A DNA stretch of 64,000 nt from Vitrella brassicaformis CCMP3155 (Eukaryota; Protista; Chromerida). Shown in pieces: positions 62,889 through 64,000 of the stretch. How positions within the stretch are numbered: the stretch's first letter is position 1; each line of letters starts with the position of its first letter. The notes under the pieces were generated by a model, which was not told the DNA's origin, did not search any database, and saw only the letters and a program-made list of their open reading frames with translations. The stretch spans positions 62,001 to 126,000 of the forward strand of contig CDMY01000284.1 in NCBI GenBank assembly GCA_001179505.1, given 5' to 3'. Both the position numbers and the translations under genes were made by a program.

Positions 62889-63910
62889 TTATGCGTTTGC
62901 CGCCTCTTCGGTCGATGTGGCAATGTCCTCCAGAAACACCAGCAGCTGCACGGTCACATGCCATGACACACCCACATACACTCACACCCATAAACACCCA
63001 CACGACATGCTTGCCTGGAAAAGTTCGAGCAGCGACTTTGCCTTTTGTGGCCCGATGACCTCCTTGAGCTGCACCATCAGGTCACCCCCCCCGCCCCCAC
63101 TGCCGTCAGCTTCACCACCAGCGTTGGATGACCTGACGATGCCGTATGCCTTGTCGTACTCGGCTGCCGTCAACATGCTCTGCAGATACTGACGCAGCGA
63201 CTGACGGACCAGAGACAAACGCAACGCGCCCCCACAACAATACACACAAACACGCCGATGCGGTGCCTCTCTCTCTCTCCCTCTCTCTCTCTCTCCCCGT
63301 GTCTGTGCGTCTGTCTCTTTTCACCTCACCTCCGCCTTGGCATTGTGTTGTTGGCTGACACTCATGCCGGACATCTGCCGTGCGGTGGGCAGTTTGACGT
63401 CCGCCATGTGCGCCGCAGAGGGCTTGCGTGCGCCGCCGTCCCCGCCCTCGTCCTCACTCTCCATGTCCGGCTCGGGGTCACCCGGCTCCTACACAATGTC
63501 ACACACATCTTTCGCTTCCCCTTTCTTTGTGGAGTTACCGAGTTGGTTCGCGTGGTTGATCGGCTCTGCTTGCGGCTGCGAGATGACGACGAGCTCGGCT
63601 GGGGCGGCTGCAACACCTGTGGCCACACAAAGACACCAACCATCCCCCATGCCGCCCACACATATACCCTCTTTGTGTACTTGTGGCTGTGCAGGGGGCG
63701 CAGGAACTGGTGCTGGTGCCGGCTGTGGCTGAGAGGGTGCTTGGGGGGCAGCGGAGGATGCCGCCGCTGCCTCTGCTGATGGTGTGGAGATGGACTTGCG
63801 CTGCTGGGGGTGGTAGTCGACAGGTGTGGGGGAGAGCTCCTTGTCCAGGTCCAGATGCTCGATGCGCGCAACCTGCTCCAGATACGGACGGAGAAATGCC
63901 TGACGCAGCA
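62889..63910 (-). CDS. 3' part of a gene continuing beyond the window; C-terminal helical domain resembles NEK1/NEK11-type kinase tails
   Basis: LRQYLQSMLTAAEYDKAYGIVR...LKEVIGPQKAKSLLELFQ|LLVFLEDIATSTEEAANA*; no kinase domain inside the window. Confidence 0.55.
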
Positions 63911-64000
63911 CCTGTGGCCACACACACATGGCGACAGAGACACATGCAGAGGGAGACATACATGCCTCTCTTGCTGACGGCTCACTTCTAGTGCGCTTGG

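Noticed and set aside
1-64000. Hundreds of 60-200 aa ORFs rich in VC, HT or LS dipeptides
   Set aside because: Translations of intronic (GT)n/(CA)n/(CT)n repeats or antisense shadows of GC-rich exons.

Overview
Eukaryotic, GC-rich, intron-dense genomic DNA with about 20 multi-exon genes and two 300-N assembly gaps. The ORF track is mostly splice fragments, so gene models were rebuilt by eye from GT/GC-AG junctions. Short microsatellite-filled introns, AP2-like domains, PAN/apple domains, a B9 ciliary gene and a bipartite plastid leader suggest a chromerid alveolate such as Vitrella (inference, not searched). Recognisable genes: extended-synaptotagmin-like (SMP+C2), DHX57-like DEAH helicase, Dispatched/Patched-like RND protein, NEK kinase, B9D2, a TIGR01777/SDR39U1(GC1)-like epimerase and the 3' end of a NEK-like gene. 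Accessory regions hold a pseudokinase, a decaying tandem array of an unknown two-exon module with a shared 3' DNA motif (13.5-19.2 kb), a frameshifted truncated amine oxidase, a PAN-domain protein, secreted low-complexity proteins, a head-to-head pair from a lineage-specific family and a frameshifted ApiAP2-like/SAM-like gene. Most notable window-wide patterns: polar AC-rich(5')/GT-rich(3') complementary intron repeats, several GC-AG introns and very compact divergent gene pairs. No rRNA, tRNA, CRISPR or recognisable transposon ORF was seen.
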